The position numbers were made by a program, and so were the translations under genes. A DNA stretch of 63,990 nt, filler included, from Pirum gemmata (taxonomy: Eukaryota): NCBI GenBank assembly GCA_002812295.1. It is 30 parts of 30 records of this genome, joined end to end, with 100 filler letters (N's around TTAATTAATTAA, not from the genome) between each part and the next. Parts side by side here need not be neighbours in the genome. Positions count along the whole stretch, not along the records: positions 11,857 to 14,398 come from PDIN01010360.1; positions 14,499 to 16,370 come from PDIN01010361.1; positions 16,471 to 19,179 come from PDIN01010362.1; positions 19,280 to 21,156 come from PDIN01010363.1; positions 21,257 to 23,169 come from PDIN01010364.1; positions 23,270 to 25,118 come from PDIN01010365.1; positions 25,219 to 27,107 come from PDIN01010366.1; 23 more parts are not named here. One strand, 5' to 3'. Position 1 is the stretch's first letter; each line of letters begins with the position of its first letter. The notes under the pieces are model-generated. The model made no database searches and was not told the DNA's origin. It was given only the letters and a program-made list of their open reading frames with translations. Positions 12,741 through 25,718 of the stretch are shown here, one piece after another.

Positions 12741-13573
12741 CTCTGTAATGAGAAGTGCTATATATATTTTAAAATAGAATAGATTATCTATATGATATAT
12801 TATCGTGCTTTTCATTTATTTTGTCACTCCGAATATTTATTTGGTTGTTTATAATATTTAAACTGATACTTTTAAATAAATAAATATATAATAAAATATA
12901 CCAAATTNNNNNNNNNNNNNNNNNNNNNNNNNNNNNNNNNNNNNNNNNNNNNNNNNNNNNNNNNNNNNNNNNNNNNNNNNNNNNNNNNNNNNNNNNNNNN
13001 NNNNNNNNNNNNNNNNNNNNNNNNNNNNNNNNNNNNNNNNNNNNNNNNNNNNNNNNNNNNNNNNNNNNNNNNNNNNNNNNACATATTTTAATTTATTTGG
13101 TATTTTATACTTAATGTTGTATTTTATAAAAAAGTTCAATTATACACTTAAACAGTACCAAATTAAAGATTGAGAGGACGACTGTAATGAAATTGATGTA
13201 ACGTTATGGTCAGAGTGATTTGTATTGTAGTCTAAAGGTAGATGGGGAGGCAGGGGGAGGCAGGATGGGGAGGATTGACTACCACTAGCTAGCCTAGCTA
13301 ATTTCTCGGTTTCACAAGAATTTTCAATTTTCGAATAAAAGTAATGTAATAGGTATTTAATAGGTTTAAAATTTTCGAACATATCTATAATATACTCTAT
13401 AGGTCTTCTAAGTTCTAACTACTAGCTATCTATTGATAAAATAAATAGTACCAAATTAACACAATATAAATCCATTTAATTTAATTTGGTATTTTTTAAT
13501 ATATATTTATTTATTTAAAAGTATCAATTTTAATATTATAAACAACTAAATAAATATTCGGCTCCTAACTAAA

Positions 13574-13716
13574 GGAGCTTTAAAATAATACGTCACGTCA
13601 AGGAGAAGGTAGGTAGGCGGTATTTGACTGGAAATTAACGTCAAGGGGTAGGTAGGTAGGGGTATTTGAAGCTGTACTTGACCGGAAATTGGGGCTACGT
13701 AGTATTTGAACACACC
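13574..13716. mobile_element. MITE family D (about 140 bp; TIR approximately GGAGCGTTCAAATA; internal CCTACCTACC), PIF/Harbinger-like
   Basis: Homologous copies at 9267-9390, 22691-22861, 24773-24897 and 53625-53694. The copy ending near 22861 is followed by TTA. The superfamily call is inference. Confidence 0.75.
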
Positions 13717-14652
13717 TACTACTCTTGTATTTTTTTTTAATTTTTTTTTTCTATTTTTTTTTTTTTAGANAAAGTGAAATATTTAAAACTGTCTTTTTAG
13801 TGTATTTTAAAAACAAAACAAACTTTGAAAATTTCGAGTTTTGGATGAAATTAGGTGACACTGTCAGCAAAATGTGTCTAAATTATTATTTTTTAAAAAT
13901 TTTTTTTATAGTATTTTCATCCCCACTACAAATTGCCATAATTAGATAAAAAATTTGGAAGGAAATAATTAGTAAAAAAATCTAGGTAGTCTAGATTTAC
14001 TTTTTATTGCTTTAGTTTGGTTTTTGTGGATTAAATTGACAATCTAGCAAAAAAGTATACATGTTTATAAAATGAGTAATAATGATAATGATAGTGCTAT
14101 GAGTTGCTATGTATGGTATCAATAACAAAGTTTGCTTGTCTCACTTCTTTATTAGCTTCTAATTCTTATTCATCCTGTCTTATTGGTTTATTTTTTTTTG
14201 TGAATCGATTAGTCACATGACCCATTAATATCAAGATACAGTGAGATACAAATCATAACTATTAGTAGCCTACCCTACACTAGATTCTCCGAATTCCGCC
14301 CCTAAAACTCGACTTTCTGCTTCTGCCTTCTGCCCCGAAAAGCTCGATTTCTGCCGAGCAGAATTTCTGGTCTGTTTGGTCTGTTCGAAATTTTTTTTNN
14401 NNNNNNNNNNNNNNNNNNNNNNNNNNNNNNNNNNNNNNNNNNTTAATTAATTAANNNNNNNNNNNNNNNNNNNNNNNNNNNNNNNNNNNNNNNNNNNNGA
14501 TGGTGATGGTGATGGTGATGGTGATGGTGATGGTGATAGAAATGGTAATGGTAAAGGTAATAGAATGGAAGTATGGTGCAACAAATAAAAAATCAATTCT
14601 ATTAAAAATCGAAATTTACAAATAACAATCGTAAGATTCTTAACAAACATAC

Positions 14653-15947
14653 CCAGAATTCACAGATAAAGGGAGAGTAGACTCAACGAGGCATTTTCTA
14701 TCCTCCAGGTTATTGAAATTACTAACGTCATAAATTCTGCGTTGTGAAAGGGAAGGGTATGAGAGGAAAAATCATCAGCAATAATATCAATATCATTATC
14801 ATAACCATTATCAATATCAATATCATTATCATTATCATTATCATTATTTATCATTACCATTATCATTACCAATATCATTATCATTATCATTATCATTATC
14901 ATTATCATTATCATTATCATTATAGTTATTACTATTACTATTAATATTAATATTACTACTACTACTACTATTACTATTGCTATTGCTATTACTATTACTA
15001 TTATCAAATAATTAAGTTAAATTGTTCATTTGTTTATTTTACTTATGTCATTTCTAGTTAAATTATTCATATATACCCATCCACCAAAATGGTAACAGTT
15101 TCAAATAAATAATTTAGTGGCACGATTGTTTTTGTTGTTTTCGTTGTCTTATTTTCGAGTTATGGGATTATTAAAAAGCTTTATCAATCAGAAGGTTGGA
15201 ATTGTTGGATGGTTGGATCTGTTGGATGGCAGGGGCTGACTTTTTTGGATATATTGATTGGTTATTGTTATTGTTATTTGGGTTTTATTATGATTTAATG
15301 TTGGATGGTTGGATTTGTTGGATGGTTGGATCTGACTTTTTTGAAGGTATTGATTGGTTATTGTTATTGTTATTTGTTTTTTGTTATGATATAATGATTA
15401 TTGTGATTTATATTTTGATGTTTTGTTTTTGTTTATTGTTGTTTTCCATTCATTTGTATACATTATTACCACGGTAGTTGATGTTATTTACATAGATGTT
15501 ATGATTAGTATGATTATAATGCTGTTTTAGTAAAGGTGTACTATCACTGTTGCCATTTTATTGTTGTTGCTATAATAATTTGCATGTGATCTGCTGGATG
15601 GTTGGTTAGTTGGTTGGTTGGTTGGTTGGTTGGTTGGTTGGTTGGTTGGTTGGTTGGAATCCGTTGGATGGTTGAATGGTCGAATGGTTGAATGGCTGAA
15701 TTATCGATTGATTGATCTTTTTTTTTTTAAAGCATTTAATTATTAGAATTTTTTTTGTTAAATTAAAAATAATAAATAAATTAATAAAATAAAAAAAGAA
15801 ATATTAATAGAATACTTGATGGTATTGTCATTCCAAAGTGCAAGCGCGTGATTCGTATACAAACTCAAAGAATGCCATTTAAAATCTAAAAGTTCAACCC
15901 CGTTTGCATATATCAAATTACAAGCAAAATTACTTTGAAATTCCCCC
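14653..15947 (-). CDS. Partial spliced gene: beta-propeller segment resembling nucleoporin Nup88/Nup82; exons 15947-15816 and 14736-14653
   Basis: Both exons are phase 2-2 (132 and 84 nt) with CAG acceptors and GT donors. The joined peptide LLDFKWHSLSLYTNHALALWNDNTIK|IYDVSNF resembles the W-H/Y-P-x-S...H-x-x-x-L-x-x-D-N-x-I/L-R-I-Y motif of that family. Confidence 0.5.
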
Positions 15948-16239
15948 CTGAGTGTCAATAGGAAAATTATTAAACAAATAAAAAAGATAAACCAATCCAT
16001 TCTAATACATACTAATACATACTAATAGAAGAAATATAAACTTTTCCCACCTCACGCCCAAAATAAGAAAACCAATAATAATAAATTAAACCCCAACAAA
16101 CCCCAAATAATAATAAATAATAATAATAAACGAAAAGACAAAATCAATAAAACTACAACAAATCACCCACACAACCAGTTAATCAAGGAATTAACTAAAC
16201 AATAAAAATAAATAATAACTAAAAACCTACCAATCCTCA

Positions 16240-16278
<39 letters not shown>

Positions 16279-16869
16279 CGAAAAGACAAATTCAACTAAG
16301 CTGGAACAAACAAACCCCACACAACCATTAGATAAATTTTTTAAAATTTTTTTTTTCGATTTTTTCGATTNNNNNNNNNNNNNNNNNNNNNNNNNNNNNN
16401 NNNNNNNNNNNNNNTTAATTAATTAANNNNNNNNNNNNNNNNNNNNNNNNNNNNNNNNNNNNNNNNNNNNTAAAAATAATTAATAAAAATAATATTATTA
16501 TAAATAATGTTTTAATAATTTATTATAATAATACAGTAAATACAGTAATAACTCAACCGTAACCGCAACCCCACCCCAACCACAACCGCAACCACAACCA
16601 CAACCGTAATATAATTGTAAGCTCCACCACAACCACAACCATAATGTAACTGTAAACATCACTGCAACCGCAACCGCAACCGCAACCGCAACCGCAACCG
16701 TAACCGTAACCGTAACCGTAATGTAATATTAAATTTTCCGGTGAACTGTAAAAAAAAAATGGTGCAAAAAAAAAACTTTTCGATTCTTTTCGCACTTTTC
16801 GGGAAATTTGCGAGGAAATTTGCGTAACGAATCAATAATCAAAGTGATGGTGATTGGTGTACTGGTAAN

Positions 16870-16902
<33 letters not shown>

Positions 16903-16919
16903 AATATTATAATATTATA

Positions 16920-17132
16920 GGGGTGAGATGACGTCATTTTATTATTACCGAACAGCTGCCGGAACTTTTCCGATTTATGTTTTATTACTATTAATGTTAA
17001 TATTAGTACTTTAATTGGTATCTACTATAATTGGATTTACTATATTTAGTTATTTAACTGCTATTATTGGTAAAGGACACGGAACTAAGGTTGGCTCGAT
17101 AAGCATCTGTTCGAAAAAAGTTCCAGTAGATA
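16920..17132 (+). mobile_element. MITE family C (about 225 bp; TIR GGGGTGAGAT); right end truncated next to a family A copy
   Basis: Closely similar to copies at 21940-22163, 24076-24297, 25478-25718 and 45343-45419. Confidence 0.88.
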
Positions 17133-17259
17133 TGCATATTGTGCTTTGCATTTATTTTGTTACTCGAATATTTATTTGGTTGTTTATAATATTTAAATGG
17201 ATACTTTTAAATAAATAAATATATAATAAAATATACCNNNNNNNNNNNNNNNNNNNNNN

Positions 17260-17260
<1 letters not shown>

Positions 17261-17321
<61 letters not shown>

Positions 17322-17509
17322 GTAATAATAAGGAAGATGGTGGTAGTTTATTAAATATTTCTCCGAAATCTCCTCGTAGAAGTCGTTCAAGGTTGGGAAC
17401 CGTGTCCAATACTCTTCGTCGAAAAAAGAAAACAGGAACAGAACAGAAGGAAATTAAAGTAAACATTAATAATGATGTTATGGAAACTACTGACAACGAC
17501 AACGACAAT

Positions 17510-17549
<40 letters not shown>

Positions 17550-18022
17550 GTAATAATAATAATGATAACAACAATAATAATAATAATAATGGATTATTGG
17601 CTGTTTCGCCTAAATCACCAAGACGCAGTCGATCAAAGATGGGCTCCTATACACTTCGTCGTCGAAAATCGTCCATTTGCAGTATGGATGGTAAAGAGGA
17701 AGCCACAAGTGATATTGATGATAATGATTCTAATTCAAATAACAACAACGACAACACTGATAATAAGAATAAGAATAATAATGATGATAATAATAATAAT
17801 TGTAATAATGATAACAGTGATGGGTGTGATGTACAAGTGAAAAAAAGAAGACCTTCATTATTACAGGCATTAAAAAGTAAACCAAATTCTAATAATATTA
17901 CAGAGGATAATATTTTTGTCATCAACATCGATGAGGTAAAAAAATCGGCGACAACTGGAAATAATATACGAAAGAGTTCTAGTCAAATAAGCACACTTTC
18001 TGTTGAGTATGTTGGTGAAATT

Positions 18023-18072
<50 letters not shown>

Positions 18073-18925
18073 GACTTTAAAGAAAATGATGTCAATGACT
18101 AAAAAACCAAAGAAAAACGTTAGAAGAGTGAAAAGTGTAATAGCAGTTCGTGATGATCGTAATGAATTTGAAAGTGAAAATGATGCAAATGCTACAGAAA
18201 ACACACCACTGGATAGTTTTATTCGTTCCATAAAAACAGAGCGACCTATTTCTTTATATACCAATTCTACAACAACCCCTACTTTAAATGACACTGATTT
18301 AAGTGTTCAAAAATCACTCTCACAGATTGATATACGAGAAACACTAGTACTAAAACCTGAAGAATCTAAAACAAATAGTAATAATAATAATGATAAAAAT
18401 GATGATTATGATAGCAATGGTGATGGTGATGATAATGATATCGATAAGCATATGACTACGACGATGAACCTAAAAGGTGATAACATTAATACTTCTGAAC
18501 AACAAGAACACCTGGAAGAAAGTACGGGCAAATTAGTTGGCAAACAATCCGCGGAAAACATTTTAAACATGAGTTCGTTAACTGATATTTTAAACAATTT
18601 GGATTTTTCCAGTGATTTACTGTTTGATTCAGATCCCGAAAAGTCTCACAATGGACATATAGGTGTTCGTAATGTTAATAATAATAATAATGATAATAGT
18701 GCACAAAATAGTGTTATTCAAATGTCAAACTTAAGTAGTGGTAGTAATAGTAGTATCGGTAATAGTAGTATCGGTAATAGTAGCATTTGTAGTATACGTC
18801 ATAAAAGTAAAACTCAAAGTATTGTTTCTTCTAAAGTAATTCATGATAGTAAAAATAAGATTGGTGATTTATCTTGTTGGATTGATAGTTTGTCGAAAAA
18901 ACAAACTGAAATAATGGGAAATTAA
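17261..18925 (+). CDS. Asn/Ser/Lys-rich low-complexity protein, 5' end missing (at least 554 aa)
   Basis: The frame is open from the N-gap at 17260 to TAA at 18925, with non-repetitive segments between poly-Asn tracts. Confidence 0.8.
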
Positions 18926-19279
18926 TTAATATATATAATATCACAGTTTCTATAGAATTAGAAAGTGTTAATAAATTCAATATGTTCATTGTACTTACTA
19001 ACCCCATTGTCGTTAACAATTTGGTGTGATATTAAAAAAATTCCAAAAACGTAAGGTGTAATTGATGAATATACTTAGGTAATTATCTAAATATCCTATA
19101 CCAACTTTGATATTATTCATATTTATTGTTACAACCTAATCGCTAAAATAAAAAAATATTGAGTGTAGTATTTTTTTTTNNNNNNNNNNNNNNNNNNNNN
19201 NNNNNNNNNNNNNNNNNNNNNNNTTAATTAATTAANNNNNNNNNNNNNNNNNNNNNNNNNNNNNNNNNNNNNNNNNNNN

Positions 19280-19312
<33 letters not shown>

Positions 19313-19406
19313 TAATACTTACTACTTACTACTATTGCTACTACTACTTACTACTACTACTTACAACAACAGCAACAACAGCAGCAGCAACAACAACAGT
19401 AGCAGC

Positions 19407-19459
<53 letters not shown>

Positions 19460-19813
19460 CTATATAGCTACTATAACTATTACTACTACTACTAATACTA
19501 CTAATACTAATAATTACTACTACTATTTACTAGAAATTACTAGTAATACCATCTGGGAGCCCCAGATATCATTCTAGAGCCCTAAAAGGAGAATCTACAC
19601 CTCTAAAATAGCATTCTAGGATGATGGACAATTTTTTTTTTTTGCAATTTTTTGTTTATTAATTTTACAACGAAAAAAAAAAATTTGGAAAGTCTAGCCA
19701 AGTCTAAAGTTATTCTTTTGCCAATAAGAACGTTTCCACAAAGATCTGGAAGTGTGGCAGGTGTTGGTAGTCTGCTTTTATAATTAATTCTTAGGAAAAT
19801 TTTACTTTTTTTC

Positions 19814-19863
<50 letters not shown>

Positions 19864-20461
19864 TTTTTTTTTTTTTTTTTTTTCAGCTCGTTAAAAGCTA
19901 CTGCATAACGGTTTTATTTTTTCGATACCATGTCTGGGGGTCGAGATATGGGCAACCAAAAATAGGTCAGTTAATGTTATGTATAGAATGCCCCCACCAT
20001 AATAAAAATTTTTTTTTAATTAAAAAATTATTATTTTTAGTAGAATATATGCTTATTAGTAGTTTATTAGTACAACCATCACTTACAACAAATAATTATT
20101 ATTGAGCTCTTTCAATTCATCAGTCACCTTTAATATAAAATGATTCTCTTTTCTGTTTTACATTAGTACAACCATCACTTACAACAAATAATTATTATTG
20201 AGCTCTTTCAATTCATCAGTCACCTTNATGATTCTCTTTTCTGTTTTACATTAGTACAACCATCACTTACAACAAATAATTATTATTGAGCTCTTTCAAT
20301 TCATCAGTCACCTTAAAATATAAAATGATTCTCTTTTCTGTTTTACACCTATAATACTAGTGATTTGCGAACAAATCATTTTTGTACAATCAAAAATTTC
20401 AATTTTCAGATTACTTATTTTACTTATAATAACTTCTTCATAACATTGTGTTGAAGTAGCA

Positions 20462-20636
20462 GACCATTTCGATTATTATCGAAAAAATATCGATGGGTGT
20501 ATTTTTTAATTTCCGATTTTTATCGAAAAACTATCGATGGACATTTTTCAATTTTCGATTTTATCGAAAAACTATCGATTGGTTATTTTTCAATTTCGAT
20601 TTTTATCGAAAATTATCGATTATCGCATTTGGTCAT
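20462..20636. mobile_element. Short repeat element built from ATCGA-rich subrepeats with imperfect GACCA...TGGTC ends
   Basis: Its right end recurs in reverse orientation at 23118-23169 on a different fragment. Confidence 0.6.
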
Positions 20637-21424
20637 ATGAGATTTCAGAGGGCATTGCGATAAAAGTGTGTTTTTTTGCGCTAGATGTCACTGGGATAAT
20701 AATAATTGTAAGATAGAATGCAAAACAGTTAACTCTTTTTAATTAGTAAAATTTCCTTATTTGGAATTATTTGTAAAATCACTTACCATAATTAAAAGGT
20801 GCCACTAACCAGCGCGCGCAGTAAAATTGCGAGTTTTTTCTTGAAATCTTTATTAATTGATTGATGACGTCATATGTATCTCTCAAAAATATTTTTATTT
20901 GCGTAAAAAAGCGTAAAAATGCACTAACGTTAGTTTATAACTGTGGACACTCACTTTTTTTTGGTTCACTCGTTCATATATTTTTTTGGTTAGTCTACGA
21001 ACGAGCGGCTCGTTCGATTTTTTTTTACGAAGCACTAACCACAGTTAGTAAAAAAAATCGGTTAACTAACGTTAAATTATTAGACCTTTAACATTTATTT
21101 TTTTTCGCCACTCATTTTTTTGTTGTAATCTGGAAGAGATAAATTGTAGTCTATGANNNNNNNNNNNNNNNNNNNNNNNNNNNNNNNNNNNNNNNNNNNN
21201 TTAATTAATTAANNNNNNNNNNNNNNNNNNNNNNNNNNNNNNNNNNNNNNNNNNNNAACTGAAAAAAGTCAAAAAAAAAAAAAAAAAAGGAAAATCACGA
21301 ACTTGCTAGAATCAACGAATATTTGGGATCAGTATTTTATAAGATAAATAAGATATGTTTTTTTTAACTCGGCTAGTCGAAGCCAAGTTATTTGTAAATA
21401 CCAATATTGGAAAGTGATAGTAAA

Positions 21425-21665
21425 GAGGGATGACATGACGTCATAATACTAATACCAACCTAGGGCTAGCAACAGCTCTAGCAACCTAGGGTACGGCAAA
21501 AATTGAAAATTTGACTTAAATTACTATAAAAAGTTAACTTATTACTATTAATAGTAATACTTAATATAGTAAACTACTATTTTAAGGATATAAATATCTA
21601 TTTTAAGTAATAATTTCCTTTTGTAACCTACGTCCAAATTTCTGCCAAAGGGGATGTCATCCCTC
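21425..21665. mobile_element. 241-bp MITE with TIR GAGGGATGACAT and 4-bp TSD TAAA (Sola-like signature)
   Basis: TAAA|GAGGGATGACAT...ATGTCATCCCTC|TAAA. Confidence 0.8.
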
Positions 21666-21939
21666 TAAAGTAATTTGAATTGAAAAAAGTTTCGTCAAGT
21701 AAAAAAATTGAAATAAAACACTAATTAAACACTAAGTAATACTAACTAACTAATAGAACTAACAAAACCAATTTAAAATTGTTCCATACTTTTGCATTTT
21801 ATCGCAATTTATTTCGGGAGATTATTTGTTTTATTTATACGATCATCCCCTGTTAGCTAGCTACTAGCTATCGGATATATTGATATGTCATAGTCTATTA
21901 TGTAATATAATATTTTTAAATGATATGTATTTATAAGTA

Positions 21940-22163
21940 GGGGTGAGATATCTACTGGAACTTTTTTCGAACAGATGCTTGTCGAGCCAACCTTAGTTCC
22001 GTGTTCTTTACTAATAATAGCAGTTAAATAGCTTAAAATAGTAAATTTAATTTAGTAGATGCCAATTAAAGTAATAATATTAACATTAATAGTAATAAAA
22101 ACCATAAAATCGGAAAAGTTCTGGCAGCTGTTCGGTAATAATAAAATGACGTCATCTCACTCC
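21940..22163 (-). mobile_element. MITE family C, full-length
   Basis: TA|GGGGTGAGAT...ATCTCACTCC|TA. Confidence 0.88.
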
Positions 22164-22197
22164 TACTTTACTATAAAAGTACTATAAATAACTTNAA

Positions 22198-22233
<36 letters not shown>

Positions 22234-23411
22234 GATTTTATAGTGATTTTATACACTTTTTATACCCCTCTAAAAATATGTATAACAAATACAGGATAAT
22301 AAATTTTAACCACAGGGGTTGAGAAGGGTACATTAGAGATTATATAAAAAAAAATCAATAAAAAAGAAAATAATCATTATTCTACCCTTTTTATAAAAAT
22401 CCAAGAACCAAATCTAAAATTTGATTAGTTGATAGCTCTACTACTAGAGCTTCAATAGACTATGGTGCACACAGCTAAAAACAACCATTGTTTCAATTTT
22501 TTTCCCATAATCCAATATATATATATAGTACTCTGTTTTACTAAATTAAGTAACTTATTAATGTTTTATTTTTTTTGGTTCTTTTGAAATCAAATTTATT
22601 AGTAAATTATATATCTTACTTAATTAAGTAACTTTTAAGTATTTCCTTTACCATATATGGGACCAAATTTAAGTTAGTATAGTGTTCAAATAGTGTTCAA
22701 ATACTACGTAACACCAACTTCCGGTCAAATAGTGGTCAAATACAGCTTCAAATAGTCTTCAAAGCTGTCTTCAAATAGTCTTCAAATACCCTTACCTAAT
22801 TTCCGGTCAAATACCACCTACCTACCTACCCCTTGACGTGACGTATTATTTGAACGCTCCCTTATTATTCAACTTTATCTTTTTTGTGTTCACTTTCTAT
22901 TTTTTATATGAAAGAGATTCACTATCATCATTCATAGGAACTCTTCCCCAAATTTTGTTGCTTTTTCAAAAAATATTTTTTCGTGTAATTGTGCCCCCTC
23001 AAATCGACTTTTTATATAAAAAATATGGTTTAGAGTGGATTTTGGCAATATTTTGCAATATTTTGCAAGCGGAAATGTTTGAATTATCCATTGAGTTACA
23101 GATAGTGTTTGGTATCGATGACCAAATGCGATAATCGATAATTTTCGATAAAAATCGAAATTGAAAAATNNNNNNNNNNNNNNNNNNNNNNNNNNNNNNN
23201 NNNNNNNNNNNNNTTAATTAATTAANNNNNNNNNNNNNNNNNNNNNNNNNNNNNNNNNNNNNNNNNNNNCTATTTATTGTATATTTTATGACGACAAAAT
23301 AACTGAAAAGCACGATAATAATATATATAGAAAATCAAGGGAAATAAATAAATACCCACAAGCTCAATTCTCTAACTAAAGGCCCGGAAACCCTTGCAAC
23401 ACCGTGGTGAC

Positions 23412-23647
23412 AGGAGGGGTGAGAACTCTTATGGCGAACTTTTTTGACCGAGGCACAAAGTAAATGTTGTTCGCCTGTTTCGCCTTACCATATTTAGTAT
23501 TTGTAATTATTTATTTAGTAACTACCTAATTTAAGTAGTTACTTTAAAAAGAGTTTATAATACTATTTATAGTAACTTTAGGCAAATTTCTGGAAGTTCG
23601 CCGGTCCGAGCATCCAATTGGTAAGATGACGTCATCTCATCCCTCCT
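23412..23647. mobile_element. 236-bp MITE with family-C-like ends and an 8-bp flanking direct repeat GTGGTGAC
   Basis: GTGGTGAC|AGGAGGGGTGAGA...TCTCATCCCTCCT|GTGGTGAC. Confidence 0.8.
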
Positions 23648-24075
23648 GTGGTGACTCGATAGAAAAATTGTCAAGATCGACTAAAAATTCCAGTTTCTTC
23701 TAACTAGTTTCCCTACTAGAGGGAGTGTGAGGAGTTACGAAGAGGGCCCACGAAGAGGAAGGAGTGTAGATTTGTTACTTATATAATTATTATGTTTATA
23801 TAAAACGCTTATCAGTCTCGCTCTATGGGTCAAAAAAGCCAAGAGGCCCGAAACTCAACGCTCGGCGTGTTTCATTTTTGTGGTTTATTAAAAAAACAAA
23901 AAGTGCTTTGACAAAAAAAGAATGGCAAAATTTTAAAAGCCCAACTCTGTGGAATTCTGTGGAGCAGTTGGAGTGCAGAGGCCCTTTAGACCGGGGGGGG
24001 GGGGCAGACTCTACTAATATCATACCAGTATTTTTAAATATTATTATCATTATTATAATAAAACTAACTACAGTA

Positions 24076-24297
24076 AGGGTGAGATGACGTCATTTTATTA
24101 TTACCGAGCAGCTGCCAGAACTTTTCTGATTTTATGGTTTTATTACTATTAATGTTAATATTATTACTTTAATTGGTATCTACTATAATTAGATTTACTA
24201 TTTTAAGCTATTTAACTGATATTATTAGTAAGAAAACGGAACTAAGGTTGGCTCGATAAGCATCTGTTCGAAAAAGTTTCAGTAGATATCTCACCCC
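24076..24297 (+). mobile_element. MITE family C, full-length
   Basis: GGGTGAGATGACGTCAT...GATATCTCACCCC. Confidence 0.88.
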
Positions 24298-25477
24298 CAC
24301 TCTAACAGTACTCTAACTACTCTGTAGACCCCACCGTATCAGTACCGTATCTATATTTATTTTTAATTTTTTTTTTTTTTCAATATGATATTTATTTACA
24401 AATAATTAGGCTGTGGACGAAATATCATAACGAAAATATTGAAAAATAGCAACTCAGAGCATGAATTTAACTATGAATTTGTTCTAGTTTGTTCTCCTAC
24501 TATCTTGCATTATTACCAGAGTCGTATCATATAACCAGACACACTTCAGAAAAGTTCAAATAATACTAGTCTATCTAATAGGCTATTTATTATCTTGTAG
24601 TAGTTATTCCTGTTATAATATAAACTTTCATTATATATAATATTATTTATATTGATATTATCTTTAGTTTATATTATCGTGCTTTTCATTTATTTGTTTC
24701 CTTGTCTGAGGCACTTGGCAGACAAAAAAGAAAAGCCAAGCCTGCTCTAGCTAGCTAGTAGTAGTAGCTAGCCGGGTTCAAATAGCTAACCCTAACAGCT
24801 TCAAATAACCCTACCTACCTACCCCTTGACGTTAATTTCCAGTCAAATACCGCCTTCCTACCTACCCCTTGACGTAACGTATTATTTAACGCTCCCCTGA
24901 CTAGCTAGCTAGATCTAGCTAGCTAGTAGTAGGGCTTAGTTAGAGCTGAGTAGCTGTTACCATGATATATCACTTTTCTTATTGTGATTTTCATTGATAC
25001 TTTTAAATATAAAATATACCAAATTAAATGAAATTGGTACTATTTATTGTATACTTTATGACAACAAAATAACTGAAAAGCACAATAAATAAATATTATT
25101 CTTATTCTTATTATTATTNNNNNNNNNNNNNNNNNNNNNNNNNNNNNNNNNNNNNNNNNNNNTTAATTAATTAANNNNNNNNNNNNNNNNNNNNNNNNNN
25201 NNNNNNNNNNNNNNNNNNTATAAGTTGCGTCCACCATATGATATCATAAAAAAAAAAAAAAATTAGAAATTAGTCAATCATAGACTAGCTAGAGTCTAAC
25301 TAGCTAGCTACTAACTAGCTAGTAGGTGGGGGGGTAGAGTCGGCTAAGATGGTTAGGGTCACGGGATGTTAGGGCACTGTTAGGGCTATGGGATAAGCTA
25401 TGGGATAGCTAGTTCAGTGGGATATGATGACGTCACTTTACTTGCCAAACTGAGTTTTTTTTTTTTGTGCTGGCGTA

Positions 25478-25718
25478 GGGGGTGAGATATCTACTGGAAC
25501 TTTTTTCGAACAGATGCTTATCGAGCCAACCTTAGTTCCGTGTCTCTTACTAATAATAGCAGTTAAATAGCTTAAAATAGNNNNNNNNNNNNNNNNNNNN
25601 NNNNNNNNNNNNNNNNNNNNNNNNNNNNTAATACTAACATTAATAGTAATAAAAACTATAAAAATCGGAAAAGTTCCAGCAGCTGCTCGGTAATAATAAA
25701 ATGACGTCATCTCACCCC
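25478..25718 (-). mobile_element. MITE family C with an internal N gap
   Basis: Both TIRs are present and TA-flanked. Confidence 0.85.
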
